DNA of 59,241 bases, counting the filler, from Sphacelaria rigidula (lineage: Eukaryota): assembly GCA_964200075.2 (NCBI GenBank). It is 5 parts of 5 records of this genome, joined end to end, with 100 filler letters (N's around TTAATTAATTAA, not from the genome) between each part and the next. Parts side by side here need not be neighbours in the genome. Positions count along the whole stretch, not along the records: positions 1 to 11,770 come from CAXNAA020004525.1; positions 11,871 to 23,640 come from CAXNAA020004526.1; 3 more parts are not named here. One strand, 5' to 3'. The notes under the pieces are model-generated. The model saw nothing but the letters and a program-made list of their open reading frames with translations. It had not been told where the DNA came from and did no database searches. This document shows, in pieces, positions 1-13,146 of this stretch. Every line of letters begins with the position of its first letter. Within the stretch, counting starts at the first letter, position 1. The position numbers and the translations under genes are program-made.

Positions 1-1418
1 GGCCTTCGACAAAAGTCCGGCACTGTCACCCTCTTCGTCTCTTCATTACGGTCAGTATGATACCATATATGCGACTGTTGGGTGCGTATTGCGGAAGGCA
101 TTTGCTGATGACATAATTTTGGGTGATCACCGTGAACCAGCCTGTAGTGAGGCGCCAAAAAAAAATAGCATTTGCAACAACCTCACGGGTACGTGCCGCG
201 CACCACATCATGCGCACGGCCACAAAAGAAAACATCTGGGCAACAGCAGCGTAATGAACGCAATGTTGCTTGGCGCCACCAATTAAACACATGGACAACG
301 ATGCTTCGTTCGTACAAAACTATTGGTGCGTGTGGTGTTTTGTTTGGAGTAGATGAAATTATCATATGGGGTGTGCTGTTGTAGCTGTCTTGGAAGTTCT
401 CCTTATATTTCCGTTTTGGGTCGCAGTTCACAAACTTGCACGTACACCCCACTCTCACGCACCAACACTGCACACGCACACGACTGCCCAACACACAGCA
501 CAACGCAACACATGTCCAATTTTTTCAAAAAAATACTTGAATTCAAAAAAGGGGGAGTAGGCGTTGCTTCCAATTTTTCGAAAAATTATTAGGTTCCAGA
601 CAGGAAAAGCCGTTGCAACGCGTGAAAACAAAACTCACTCAGAGTTGAGCTGCGTTCCCGTCGAGGCGTGTTTCGGGTTTTCCAGTTCAGCCTTGTGCCG
701 CTGATGTTCTTCAAAGAGTTGCTCGTGGTGCCTCCGTGTGTGCCAGTGGAGGTTGGTCGTGTTTCCTGAGCATGGGACGACCATCCCGCAGCCCGCCACC
801 GGGCAGAGAGCTGACTTCTTGTCAACGGAGCGTCTCCACTTCCCGTGCTTGAAGACATAAGATTTCAGTGAAGGGTTGAATGGGAAGTTTGCGGGATTCA
901 CTTGCTCCGTGGGTAGACGCTCGTCTTCATGTGGGTTCTCTTCAATCGGAGATGCAAGCACTGGGGCGGCCGCTGGAGCTGCTGCTGCAGCAGCAGCAGT
1001 AGGCTCAGAAACATCGACTGGACACTCTGCGCTATGGCCGGCGACAAAGCCGGAAGTCGTAAGGCTCATGCTGTACACCGTGGTGGATCGCAGCAAGTGA
1101 TACGAAAACGCTGAGTGGAATGCAGCTGCTCTGTGCGTTGTGTTTTGTGTGGTGTGTGCAGACGACCTTGTAGAGTGGCAGCGGGTGGCTGGATCAAGTG
1201 GGGATCTGCCGTTCGGCAAATAACACCCCCTTCATTTCCTGTGACAACAGTTTGTGACGAAAAAAGGGCGAAATATCGAGCGTATCGATATTCGATATCG
1301 ATATTCGATATTGATACGTATCGACAAATATCGGTTTGCTACGCCCCGATATCGATACTGCGTGTCGCCGATATTTATCGAAACCGCATCGATTATCGAT
1401 ATCCAATGTACAATCCTG
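1..1418 (-). mobile_element. 5' end of a hAT-like DNA transposon (truncated by window start)
   Basis: The terminus reads CAGGATTGTACATTGGATATCGAT on the - strand from 1418. Dense ATCGAT/GATATC subterminal repeats at 1272-1404. BED-finger exon inside. Confidence 0.7.
639..1069 (-). CDS. BED zinc-finger exon of a probable hAT transposase (first exon)
   Basis: MSLTTSG...KWRRSVDKKSALCPVAGCGMVVPCSGNTTNLHWHTRRHH matches the BED pattern (W..C-x4-C..GNTTNL..H-x3-H). It ends at a GTGAGT donor (638). Confidence 0.75.
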
Positions 1419-4400
1419 GTAGAAAGACTCGTCTTGTGTGCGTGTTGTTGTTGTTGTCTTCACATTAAAAGCCGTTCCGATATCTGCGCGGTACATTGGT
1501 ACTGGGCATCTTATGCATGTGTTCTTCGGGATTGGCCTGTAGATGTATGTGGTGTTTCCGTCGCGTTTTTTTTCACTGTTCACTACTGGATGTGTGTAGT
1601 GTTCAGCCACATTGGTCATTTCATCAATAATGGAGTATGACAAAAATTGATAACCTAGCCTAGCATCTGTCGTTCAGCTTGTTCACGACCTCTGCTTCGC
1701 CAGGGAGCTAGGGGACGACACGATGCCGGTACAGTACAAACAACACTTGTATTGACGTCTTTTCCTGGTGTAGCAACTTGTATATCATGATCTGTCGCTG
1801 GCTGGTGCGTAGATGTTGCAGCCTACGTTGTCTCAAGAACACGCTATAGTGCTAGCACAGTGCCGTTTCTCTGTACCGTGACAGATAACACTACGTTGAC
1901 GGTACAGTTTTGTGTTGCTAGGTATGTCAACGGCTGTCTTCAGATGTTCGCAGTGCTAGTCATGACGTTTGCACCTGAGCGGTGTCGTCATACGATAGGA
2001 GTACAGCGATTCGGACAGAATCAAAACTCGGAGAGTCTACGCATGTACAGCATGACAACTGCACAGCAACATGACGACCACCAAAGTCACAAGGGCGTGG
2101 AGTCATGGCAGGATGATGCACTGCGAATACCCGAAGAAAGGAATAACGTGTCATCATGTGTATCGAGTGGTTCCGCTATGTGTTTCTCGGTGCGCACGGG
2201 CTGTTTGATCGATGTACCATATACATATCTTGACTGTTTGTACTGTTAGAGTTGGCGTGATGTGAGGGGGGTGCGTTGGCAACGGAAGGCGAAAAAATAG
2301 GGTTGTGAACTGGCAGCTCTGGCCAGTCAAGTTTAAATCGGCCGCGCCGACGGCCAGTACATCGATGGTTTTCCAGTTTATCAGCAAAACATCGGCGGCG
2401 AGGGGGGAAGCCGCGAGCCCCAATGCCCCTCTCCCGGGTGATGATGGGGCCTCGCGGCAGCACCGAGAAAAATTGCGGTATTTTGGCTTTTTTCCCTTCA
2501 AAGATGTGGATAGTTGTGAAAAATGTGACCCCTCACATTGAGGAGCTAAGAGACTTAGATGGCATGACAATCTCATTCAAAGCGGTGAGCGATTCGAAAA
2601 TCATTCATCTGTAGCATGCAGCAGAAGAGACTCTCCGTGAGGAGCGGAGGATGGGAACAAGGAAGCCAAGGCTGGCAGGATGTGGGGATAGGGCGCGAAA
2701 TTATTCACGTCCGGGCCGACAAACGCGCGTCTAGTTGAACAACAAGTCGTGGTGTATGTATGTTGTATTTGTCATCATGGGTTACCGTTTTTTATTTTTT
2801 TTGTTTCGGATGTCGTGCACTGAAATGACAAACCTTGGCATATATACGCTATAGTACGTCACCTCCAGGTGTAGTGAGCATGTGCTACATTATGTATGTT
2901 TAAAATACTCTTCATGCAATTAGAAATTTGCAACTGGGATTTGGCGTTCGGCACTTCCGCATCAATCGTCTCGCCGTATGTAAGTCACAACTCCTTTTTC
3001 TTTCTTCAGTTTCCTCATTCGACGGGCCAGCCGTCGACCTACGCGCTACGGCCGAAAAAAACGGAAAATTGTAGAACCACGAGGTACCAACGAAGCAAAC
3101 GGGGCAAACAAACGCAGGAAACACCTGAAGTGGTCAGCCACTGACTGGCCCAGGGCAAACCCGTTCTTCATGTGCTATGATGCTACCACAGAACGCCAGA
3201 CCTATGCTGTACAAGTCGAGCAAACACGGAAGACGAAGCATGAAGCTGTGTACCGCTGCTTCACGCATCATTGACGCAAACAATTTCCGTCGACGCCTTT
3301 GAAGCACCCTCCGTCTCAATCAATGCCCCATATTCCTCCGCGACTGTGACGTGGAGGCCCCAAGTGAACAGTCAAATTGTATATAATGGTACACGCATCT
3401 TCGTTATAAACTCACCATCCTAAAATTGGTATAAAAATAGCCGGTAACGGCAAAACTCAAATAAACTGGATAAACTGGCGCCCTCGTCGCCATTTCCAGT
3501 TTAACTCCAGTCCCAGTTTAATCGACAGTATATACTAGTCCAGTTCACAGCTCGACGAAAACAGAGATCATCCAAATTATTTTTTTCTTTACCGTGACGT
3601 TCCCCTGTCCCCGATGCGGGAGCAGTGTCTGCTTTGACAAGCCTCGAAACCCATTTTAAGCACGTCAGAACGGCGGCTTTGAGGTGCAGTGTCGCGCTAC
3701 AGAGAGCATGTCGAGCGCCCCAACTCTTACCAAAACGTTTGCACTACAGGCACAAGGCACTGAAAACGGCCTGACCCCTCGGCAGGTCGCTTCGGAGAAT
3801 TGTTAAGAAACATCTATTTCAATTTTTTTTAGAGATTTCGAATGGCGCGCAACGCAAAATTGGGGCACCGCACTTCTCGAGCCAACGCTAGCTCTTTGAA
3901 ATTGCTTTCAGGGCTTCACCACCGACATCCCCATGTGTCACCCATGTGCGATTGTGCCACCACGAGTTGTGAGTGTTTGCCTATCGGGTCGTGTGGGGGG
4001 AAGTTGAGTTGTCGATGCGAAGACGATGATGATGAAACATTTTACTGCAGACAATGCGCAGTGTAACCTGTATTATTAGTGGGAACTCTATTTTTCTCCG
4101 CTGTGGTATGGGTGGCTATTTAGCGAAGAACGGGTCCGGTAGCCATCATGGATATATTTTCTTTTCTCTATATGAAACCCGAACTTCACTTGTTTCCCTG
4201 ATGTTGCAAATGCATACCCGCACCATATATCAGCCCTCCATCCACCTGTGCCCGTCCATTCTGGCCCATTCCCAAGATGACGCACAATCATCGCCCCTCT
4301 TGGGCAGTGGACAACTAAAAGTGCACCTTGTCGCTTGGCCACTTTAATATAGGGAGTGCAATGCTTAGAAGCATGTTCACGGCGCGAGAAAGTCGTGGAA

Positions 4401-5169
4401 ATGACCCTGTTTCCGTCGTTTTTGCCTAGGCGTTACCTTAGTTCGACAACATCTCGCAGATTCTTTCCACTTTTTGTACCTATTTAGGGCGTTAGTATAC
4501 CTTTTTCGTGGCCAAACCAGGTATACTTTGAGTGTATTCGCAGACGTGATACCTGACTGACCACTGCCGTGATATCATGCTTATGCTGCATGTAAACGTA
4601 CCAAAGGAAACCAAAGGGTGAGAGCCATCTGTTGTTGCTCGGCGAAGCCTAACATCGAGGTCTGTACTTCATGGACCAAATAGATGGTGGGTTTCGACGG
4701 CCGGTGAACTTGCACAGAATAACACATGAGCCCAAGTATATTCACGTATTTGTTGTTCAACCAGCGACACGTACAGCAGCGAGGGGAAGGGCTGGCAAGC
4801 ACGCAGAGAGGAGCTGGCAGAACAATGGCCAGGCGTCGTACACCCCCCAATGCCGATTTTACCGGTGGTCGAGGATACGGCTGCACGATCAGCGCACTGT
4901 ACTGTGCTGTATTAGATTTGCCTTCTCACGTCAATCTAGGGATTGAAGTGGCGGATCCTTTGGTTACCAGACATGCTCATAGATGAGAAGCGCGCTGTAG
5001 CTGCCCACCCACCGGGCGATCCTGGCGTGTGTGGCTAGCGCATGACAGAGGCGATAGGCAATGTGATCGAGAACAAGGTAACTGCTGTGGACCAAGTGTT
5101 TTCAACACTCGTCACCATTGCGCACGCATCATACCGGGCGCATCATCCGACTATGATGAGCTCGATGCG

Positions 5170-5786
5170 TAAGGCCACTTCTTATATGTAAAAAAAAATG
5201 ATTGAAAAGTGCCTCTTTGGCCCTTCTCCGTCGTTTCACGCCCGAAAAGAGGACTAGGCGGATGTTGACACCTTGGAATGACTTGGCCTACTCCTTGAGA
5301 CCGTCCAGATCACCTTTGCGTTTTCCGTAGATCACGATTTTGTTTTTGGTGAAATTCACATTTTCAATAACAAACGGCCAAGTTATAAAAAAACAGGGAA
5401 AACAAACTGCCAATTTTTGGATAAGTTGACCGTTTAATATTGAAAATGTAAGTCTCGCCAATAACAAGATTGTGACCTACGGAAAACGCTAAGGTGCTCT
5501 GGAACGGTCTCAACGAGTAGACCAAGTCATTCCAAGGTGTCAACACCCGCCTAGCAGTTTTTCGATAATTTGACCGTTTGTTATTGAAGATGCAATTTTG
5601 GCCAAAAACAGAAGTGTTACCTACGAAAAACGCAAAGGTGCTCTGGAAGACGGTCTCGATGAGTAGACCAAGTCATTCCAAGGTGTCAACATCCGCCTAG
5701 CCTTTTTTTCGGGCGTAAAACTACGGAGGAGGGCCGAACAAGCGCTTTTCAACAAGATTTTTGTTGACCCGTAAGAAGTGATCTAA
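5170..5786. mobile_element. Fold-back MITE with long inverted arms and an internal duplication of part of one arm
   Basis: 5170-5390 is inverted relative to 5565-5786 (e.g. CTAGGCGGATGTTGACACCTTGGAATGACTTGG vs CCAAGTCATTCCAAGGTGTCAACATCCGCCTAG). A further ~135-bp arm copy lies at 5420-5553. Ends TAAGGCCACTTCTTA / TAAGAAGTGATCTAA. Confidence 0.8.
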
Positions 5787-5954
5787 GAGGGTTTTTGCGT
5801 CGCACAGCGACTGCATTGTGCTGCACTCTTTACTATGAATGAATGATGGGATCATAAATGAACGTTCTCCCTGGACTGCAGAACTAAAAGTACAGGGTTC
5901 TGACACCACTGTGCTACATTATTTGCTTCGGACCCACAAATACACGTTGTGTGC

Positions 5955-6029
5955 GCCCCGGTGGTGTAATGGTCCGACTGTCGCCCTTAGGGTGGAGAGA
6001 ACGACGGTTCGATTCCCGATATGTCGGGC
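5955..6029 (+). pseudogene. tRNA-derived sequence (SINE head or tRNA pseudogene)
   Basis: A box TGGTGTAATGG, B box GGTTCGATTCC, ends GCCCCG...CGGGC, 75 nt. The anticodon and T arms do not fold canonically. Confidence 0.55.
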
Positions 6030-6611
6030 TATTTCTTCGTGGTATCTGCTTTCACCGTGGAAAGCGTGAGAACGTGAGTAAACAAAGTTGTCGACTGAGT
6101 TTGTTAGACGTGAGTTGGCGCGATGCGGGAGTGCTGACCCAATCCGCGAGACCAAAATGTAAGGCGAGTACCGGGGGAGAGACGGGTTGATCCCATGTGA
6201 CTACGGACTCAGTCCGAGGACGGGGAGGGGTTCAAAGTGCGAAAAATAAAATAATAACAACAGAGAATTTCGGAAGACGCTTTTTTTTTGTCATTTCGGA
6301 GTGCAAAGATTTCAGGATCCGAGTGTAACGAAAAATTATTTCCCCCTCCATCAAATGTGGTATCCCTTGACTTTTCCTCGATGGGGTGTTTTTCTTTATC
6401 CTGCGCTCTGATCCTGAGATATTTGCACCCTGGAATGACAAAAAAAGCGTTCTTCAAAACTATCTAATAAATGTTAAAATGTGTACATCCTGAGTGCCAC
6501 GCCGGTCATAGTGACGTTGGCTATGTCCGCTCACCACCACCTCCAGCAGACCTTTCTCGTCGTTAGTAGGCCACAGCAGCTAATTGACTGAAGGAATATA
6601 GAAACACCACG

Positions 6612-8986
6612 ATGGCCGTTTGCGTTTGATTCTAAACTAAATGTACAATCCACACGTCGCCATACCCGCTTCCCCCTCGGCTCATTGTGCGCAACACGAA
6701 CACTCTCTCCATCAAAGATCTTCGTTCTGAAGGTCAAGTGCGAGCTGGAAAATGTGGCCTCCATGAAGGCGCGTGAGCACAACAAGTGGCTTTTCACGGT
6801 GCAGACCCCTGATCAGGGGGAGAAGCGAGAACATGTGGAGATCACTACGGCCCGCAACGAGGAGCTCGACGGCAGTCGGTAGGGTCATGATCCAGAAACC
6901 GCTGGGTGGTGTTGGAGTTGGCGGGGGTGGCGGAGTTGGCGGAGTTGGCAATGGTGGGGGTGGCGACGAGGGTGGCGATGGCGGTGACGGGGTAGCCTAC
7001 GCGTCGAGGTCTCTGCGTTTACACCTGCCCTGATGTCTCCCACGTGTCGCGTTAATTAGGTGCCCTCTCCACTGGCTGTGCCGTGTACTGTGTGCGTTTT
7101 TGTCTTGTTTTATTGATTACGCAGAGGAACCGCAAACTTTGTAGTCAAGTGGCAGGGAGCGAAGAAGCAGTCCACCGCAAACATCGTCGACGTCAAGAAG
7201 GTGCGACGGGAAACACGAATAGTTCGTTGCGACATGCTATTGGTTTCAGTTCCTCTGTATGTGTACTAGTGGTGACAGCCATCAGCTGAGTGCGTCACCG
7301 TCGATATTTCTTCGTGTCCTTTCTTCATGCATGCGTAGCGCCTGTTGTGCATGTCTCGAGTTAAAACAGCTCCACGTCTCTGTAGCTCTCCCTCTCTGTG
7401 TTTCTCTATTTCCCTGTCGTTGTCCCTGTCTCCCTGTCTCTCTGTCTCTGCATGTTCCACCCTCCTTAACGCTATCGATAGTCGTCTCATACGTCCCAAG
7501 TGAAGCACTAGCCTGAGGCTACGACAGAGAGAGAGACACGTTCGCCGAAATCTGTGGTATGCTGCACGGTATAGTACCTGTTGCACTCGACACGCCAAAG
7601 ACACAGAGACGTGTCTGCAATGTGTATTATGGATTTCTCAGTACCGCGGTCATCCAGAAGTCCATCCTAGAAGCGTTTGTGACATGATGAGAAGTCGGCA
7701 GCAATGGATAGTTCGCCATATATACATGGAGAATGCCGTCTTTGCACAGCACGGGCGTCGTGTTGTGTGTGCATGCAAAGCAGGTTCTATATATTTGGTG
7801 TTGACAGCGTCTCTTCCTTTGCTGTTCGTTTACTCTCACTGTATCTGTGTTGACGCGCGTCCGCCCGATCGGGTTTGGAGAGAGAAGGTGACGACAGCGG
7901 GGGAGATCAAGGGGGAACAATCGGGCGAGTTTGTTCCCGTTCTGGCGTTGGATTGCAGGTGTGAAACACCACGGCATGATTTTGGCACCTGCTTGGTAGT
8001 GCGGGGAAGTCTTCGTTTTTTGTTTCCTGGTGGTGATCAACCTCCGTTTCTGTCGAGTGGGGACGTTGAAAATATGAAACGAAACGCCTTGAAAAAGGAG
8101 GTTGTGGAAGCACAGGCATCTGTAAGATCTCCCCTTGGAAAGTATGCTTCACACTCGACAACAATGCTTACGCGAAATCCTCAAATCTCGAGTATCCCCA
8201 GAGGGGAGGTGCTCACAGACGTTAAACTTGTCCCTTTAGGTCACAGTGCTTGGGAGATACCGATAAGTGCCCCAGCGTTTTTGTTCGAGATTGATTTTTC
8301 GAGTATGGCTAATTTGCAGACACAACGTTGATTCCTCGAACAAAAAGAACAGTGCCGCACACATGAACGAATGCCGGCCATTTCGACTGCACTTTGTATT
8401 TGTCTTGTACCCGAGATCGACAATCGCTGGGACCATTCCTAAGCACGTTCCTCCTCCCCAAACCATCCCACGTCGAGTATCGTTGATCTGTTTACGTTCG
8501 TCAACCTCACGGTGCACGTACGAGTAGCGTGCATACCCCATGTGCCTTATTCACGTGCAGAAACAACGCCTTCCTTCCCCTGACGCTGTCCCCGCCCTAC
8601 CCTGCCTCGCTTTTTTCTCCCCTTTTTTTCATTACTTGCCACACCCCATCAACAACACGTGATGTCACTTACGACAACCCATGTACTACCCCTTCGTGCG
8701 CCCCACAACTATTGTGAACCGTGTGCTGTTTGGATACGTTTTGCGTGCTTTTGACTTGCGCGCCCTTTATCGCGTCCGACGAACTGGTTATTTGGCGCTC
8801 TTTGTACACAGGGGTCTAGAGCCGGTAACGTGGCATCCATCCACGGACTTTACCGTTACTTCAGAGGGGGGCAGCGTGTTCGAGGAGGTAGATCTTACTG
8901 ACGAGGGGGAATGGTCGGACTATTGCGAAAAGTCCTCTGCGCCAGTAAGCATCATGGAGCTAGAACATAAGTTCGAGTCGGCCTGA
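6612..8986 (+). CDS. CZIB: CZIB / UPF0587 / DUF866 family protein (C1orf123 homologue), 5 exons, 162 aa
   Basis: Exons 6612-6617, 6718-6878, 7125-7200, 7888-7958 and 8812-8986 join in phase with GT-AG introns (489 nt). Family motifs LKVKCELENV, GSRGTANFVVK, LDCRGLEPVTWHP, FEEVDL..GEWSDYCEK. The exon-4 acceptor is the least certain boundary. Confidence 0.92.
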
Positions 8987-11039
8987 AGGTTCCTCTTTGT
9001 TTTTTTTACTTGAGGTAATGATGGTGCTTATTCGAAAAATGAAGGACGTTCTCCCGGTTGCTGAGTGTATTGGATGCTGGGATTACTTTTCAGTGAATTT
9101 TTCTTCTGTCAACTCTTTTGGAACCCATTCACGATTTTTTTTTGTTCTGTGAACCGGCATTTTCTTTCATTTTCAGGTCAAAATCATGCCGGTTCACAGA
9201 ACAAAAATCGTCAGTGGGTTGGTTCCCGAAGGGTTAAGGCAGTTTGTGTGCTCTGTCTTCGACGTGGTGTTTGTTGAACGGATATATATATATATATATA
9301 TATATACCTCAACACATGTTTTCACGGATTTGGATTCTGTTTTGTTGGAGAAGTTGACCTCTGTGTACATGTTTTTGGTTGCTAGCTGGTAGTTTCGATG
9401 CGCGTGCCTTCACCGCTTTTGAGGCGTGCAAGTTGACGATAACGGCGATAAGCTGCTCAAATCGACGTCGCTATTCGTATGACTGTTGCAGCGGTGAGTC
9501 ACTTGTGTAGCGTCGTTGTGGCTGTGGGCATGGGGGACCAGGTGAGTGACTGGTGGCACATGACCCAATCCTAGCTGGGTTGAGTAGTCTTGGGGGTGAA
9601 AAAAGGGCGCTACAGGTGTGGTGATTGATGCAGAAACGTGATACCTTCGATGGCTATATCATCGGGCGCGACAGGGCCAGGCTTGGTGGTGATGGTGGTT
9701 ATGTAATCACAGACTACGAGGGCATCACCCTGTTGTTGCCATCCGAGATATTCGGGACACCGTGGATCCCTGAGATCAGGCTCCGTAGGAAATGGTGATA
9801 GTTTTGGCATCTCTCCACCATACCCCACGAATCGATTGGACTGCAGGACTGGACTTGTGAATTGAGAACAGGTTCGGGAGAAGCTCAACCTCAGACAGAT
9901 TTTCGAAAATACGAAGAACGTTCGATCTAAGGAAACTGCGCTTCAAGTTACTTGCGGCGTACAAATCAATGCCTGTGGTGTGGCGGGTATGCCCAACGGC
10001 ATGCATGTGGCAACCTGAAGTGTTCGCCAAAGCTCGGGACGTCATGTCGATGTTCAACCGGCATTCGCTGTCAGGTTCGTCCTTGAAGCCGGCTCTAGCC
10101 GACAGTTAGTATTGGGCGGAGGAAACCCTGTAGTGTCCTTTCTACAGATCGAACACGTTCCGGGGAGAAGACCCACAACACAGGATGAATGCATAACATG
10201 TGACGGAAGCGATGGGGTGTAGATTCTTCAAGGTGGTGGTGTTGTCGTGGAGAGCGCAAAAATGGCACTTTTGGTCGTGTCACTTAGTGTGTGGGCTGTG
10301 CGGTCAGCGTTACTCGTTCGAGTCAGAGGGGTTCAGCAAAAGTCAAGCCCCCCCCCCCCCTCTGCCAGACGATCTGGACAGAAGGACTTTCAACGAGGGA
10401 CTCCTCCAGTATCACTGGCCTCGTGCTCGACAAGTCCTTTCTTCTCACTTGTTATTATCACGGAGTGATCCTCAACAATCCACATCATGAGCCAGCAGCA
10501 AGGGGTCACACAGATAAGGGCCATCAATCGAGGATCCTCTGTCCCAGAAAATGAGTAACCCCCCCCCCCCCTCGTAAAACGTTTTGTTTTGCTCATGGTA
10601 CCCATCTCATTCTGCCCATAGCTCTGCTGGTAGCTAAAATAGTAGCAGCACCCACGATAGTCACCCTCGCTTCGACGACGACGCCGAGCACCTATGGGCA
10701 ACTAATGATGCTCAATGACTCTTCTGTCGATCCACTGCTCCTCGATCGCGTGAACATTTGTTTGTTTAGCCGCTTCCACCGATCCCGAACGCCCACAGCG
10801 CTGGGCGAAAGCATCATTGAAGAATGTTTCTATTGGTAAAATTCATCACCCCCGAATAGAGGCAGACTTACGTCTCCGTCGTTAAGCGCTGTTGGCCTAA
10901 ACGACAACAGTGTCGCTGGAAGCGGCTAAATGAAGAAATAGGTGTCCATGTGATTGAGGGACATTAGATCGACAAAGAAGGTCATGGAGCGTATCGTTTT
11001 AATGGCTGGTTTTAGGTGATAGGTTGGTCATAGGGGAAC

Positions 11040-11190
11040 CGGATACTAAAAAAAAAGGTGAGCATCGCAGGAGGAAGGTGTACAAGGGGAAATAACTGCT
11101 GTGACCCCGGCTGATGCGCCAACATATACCGCAAGTTGTAAACTGGCGTCCAGAATAGATGAGATGACAACACACACACGACACAAAAAA
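11040..11190 (+). mobile_element. 3' fragment of the SINE family seen at 15614 and 35962
   Basis: GAGCATCGCAGGAGGAAGGTG...TGTGACCCCGGCTGATGCGCC...CTGGCGTCCAGAATAGATGAGATGACAACACACAC is shared with the full copies. Confidence 0.75.
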
Positions 11191-11770
11191 ACTTGAAGCT
11201 GTTGCTAGTAAAAAACCAAGCGTTCCGAGCAACAGTGCAGCAATTGTCTCCTCCGATATAACACCACCGGTCATAGCCGCGCACACCGCGCCTGGGCGGA
11301 GTCAGTGCAATGCTCGCCCGGACACACAGCGTTGAGATGAAGTCGCCGCTTTGTCGTGTTGAATGATTTTGTAGCCATTTCACGGCACCGGTATACATGG
11401 GGGTTGTTCGAACGCGCTTGTCACCTATAAATAGCGCTGATGCATACTGCTTGACAGCATTTTTACCCCAATACAAGCGAATCGCGAGTGTGTTATTACA
11501 GGTCGTTTGACGCACCCGTGAGCCCTTTCTTCGCCGAATGAAACACCCTCATGTCCCTCTCGTAGCATGACTCCCATAGTAGTGGGCCCCTGAGCTATTT
11601 CTTGTTCAGGTTTATTTCTTCACGTGACTTACTGTTCGATAGAACTCGAAAGTGCTAGCGTCGGTAGATTTTGGTAATATGAACTAATTGCCCCCCCCCC
11701 CCCCCCCCCCCCGCCCCCCAACCGGCGGCGCCCCGATCCCACCGGCACCCTAGGGGAGAAGGCGACTAGA

Positions 11771-11870
11771 NNNNNNNNNNNNNNNNNNNNNNNNNNNNNN
11801 NNNNNNNNNNNNNNTTAATTAATTAANNNNNNNNNNNNNNNNNNNNNNNNNNNNNNNNNNNNNNNNNNNN
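11771..11870. other. Artificial contig spacer (also at 23641-23740, 35509-35608, 47376-47475)
   Basis: N44-TTAATTAATTAA-N44, identical four times, with stops in all six frames. Confidence 0.98.
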
Positions 11871-12302
11871 GAGGTGTGGGGGGGTGGGGTGGGGGCGGGG
11901 TGTGGTGGGGGGTGTTTGGGGGGGTGGTGGAGGGGGGGGGGGGGTACATAAGGTCTGGAATTGTTTTTTTTTGGCACCCTTGGCATGTTCTTGATTTTGT
12001 CATCATCATGAGAGATGGCCGTGTGTGACCTGACCCAAACTTATCCTTTCTGTGTCGCTTATCTTGTGTCCATGATATCTGAGGTGTGCTTTTTTTCAAA
12101 CCATGGTTGTAAGACATCCTGATCAAAGACATCCTGATCAAAATGACAAAAATCGAAACGCTAGGGAGTAGCGGGGGTGGTATACTACATACTCCGCCCG
12201 GTGCTCTCCTGTGGTTGTACTCAGCCATCTCACTTGCCCATAACCCATAACCCTTGCCCTACATGCTAACAGCATACACCGCAATATTCAATACTGCGTC
12301 AC

Positions 12303-12560
12303 CTTCTGCGCCTCTTCCTCTTCTAAGGCATTGAGCTCATCTTGCACGGCAGAAACAGCATCAAGAATTTCAAACTCTTCATCCTGATGTTGCCCATCTA
12401 CACCGCTGGATAAGCCGTGTTGCTGCTGCACTCCCGGCTTTCCTTCCTCCTTTCCTGGTACATCTCTCTCCCCATCATAGCTCTCTGAGGACTTCTGGAT
12501 CTCATGGGATCGTCGGCGTTTCGTTGGCGGCTGGACCTCTAGCGGCGCCAGATCCGACAT
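12303..12560 (-). CDS. First exon of a nucleosome assembly protein (NAP/SET/TSPY family), partial
   Basis: MSDLAP..PPTKRRR (NLS-like)...EILDAVSAVQDELNALEEEEAQK, then a GT donor. Downstream MAEYNHRRAP (~12228-12199) resembles NAP 'EQKYNKLRQP'. The rest is lost in poor sequence at the contig edge. Confidence 0.7.
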
Positions 12561-13146
12561 GTTATTCCCTTCGTAAGGGTGAATGGGCGATGCGAGATCT
12601 TCGGTGCATACTCAGCACCACATCGAATAAAGTTGCATCGCTACGTCCCGTTGGTCGAGGTATATTCTGGGAAACAGATGGAGGTACCCATGGTGGACTG
12701 ATTTGATTGACCATTACCATGAGCCTATTCACTGAATAGTATGAAGGAGGCTTTAAAACATGCTCAAGACGGGGAACGCCGCTTTTTTTTCGAGGTATAC
12801 AAGTTTTCATGGTATGCAAAGATCAACCGAAGATGAAAAGATTCTAGTTCCCTGGATGAAATGTCATACTCCATTCACGATGGAGCCAGAGGGCACAGCA
12901 GGAGAGCTCGTTGCTTGTAGATATTCCAGCCACAAGGGTTCTAGGCAGCTTAGTGCACACTTCTGGTGGAATTATTTCGATCCTTAGACACACAGTGGTA
13001 TCACGAGCCGTATTAGCGGTCGAAAGCGGCTGTCGGTAGCCATTGAGTTGTGACTGACCAGCTGAGAGGGAGGGAGCGGCGAGCCCAGGTGGGCCAGGCG
13101 GCCAGCGGTCGACAGGGGCTTGGCTTGGTTACCTACTTCCGTAAAC

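Noticed and set aside
1940-5160. Several exon-like segments on both strands (e.g. ~1996-2147 +, ~3011-3083 +, ~3264-3343 -)
   Set aside because: They could not be joined in phase or assigned to any family.
5955-6029. Functional tRNA gene
   Set aside because: Pol III boxes are present but there is no canonical cloverleaf or anticodon loop.
7684-8331. 215-aa ORF as a standalone gene
   Set aside because: Only 7888-7958 is a CZIB exon; the rest is intron read-through.
11815-11826. TTAATTAATTAA motif recurring every ~11.87 kb
   Set aside because: Artificial six-frame-stop linker inside the N spacers.
11690-11945. G/C-rich quadruplex-like tracts flanking the first spacer (also 18945-19020)
   Set aside because: They look like low-quality sequence following long homopolymers at contig or read ends.
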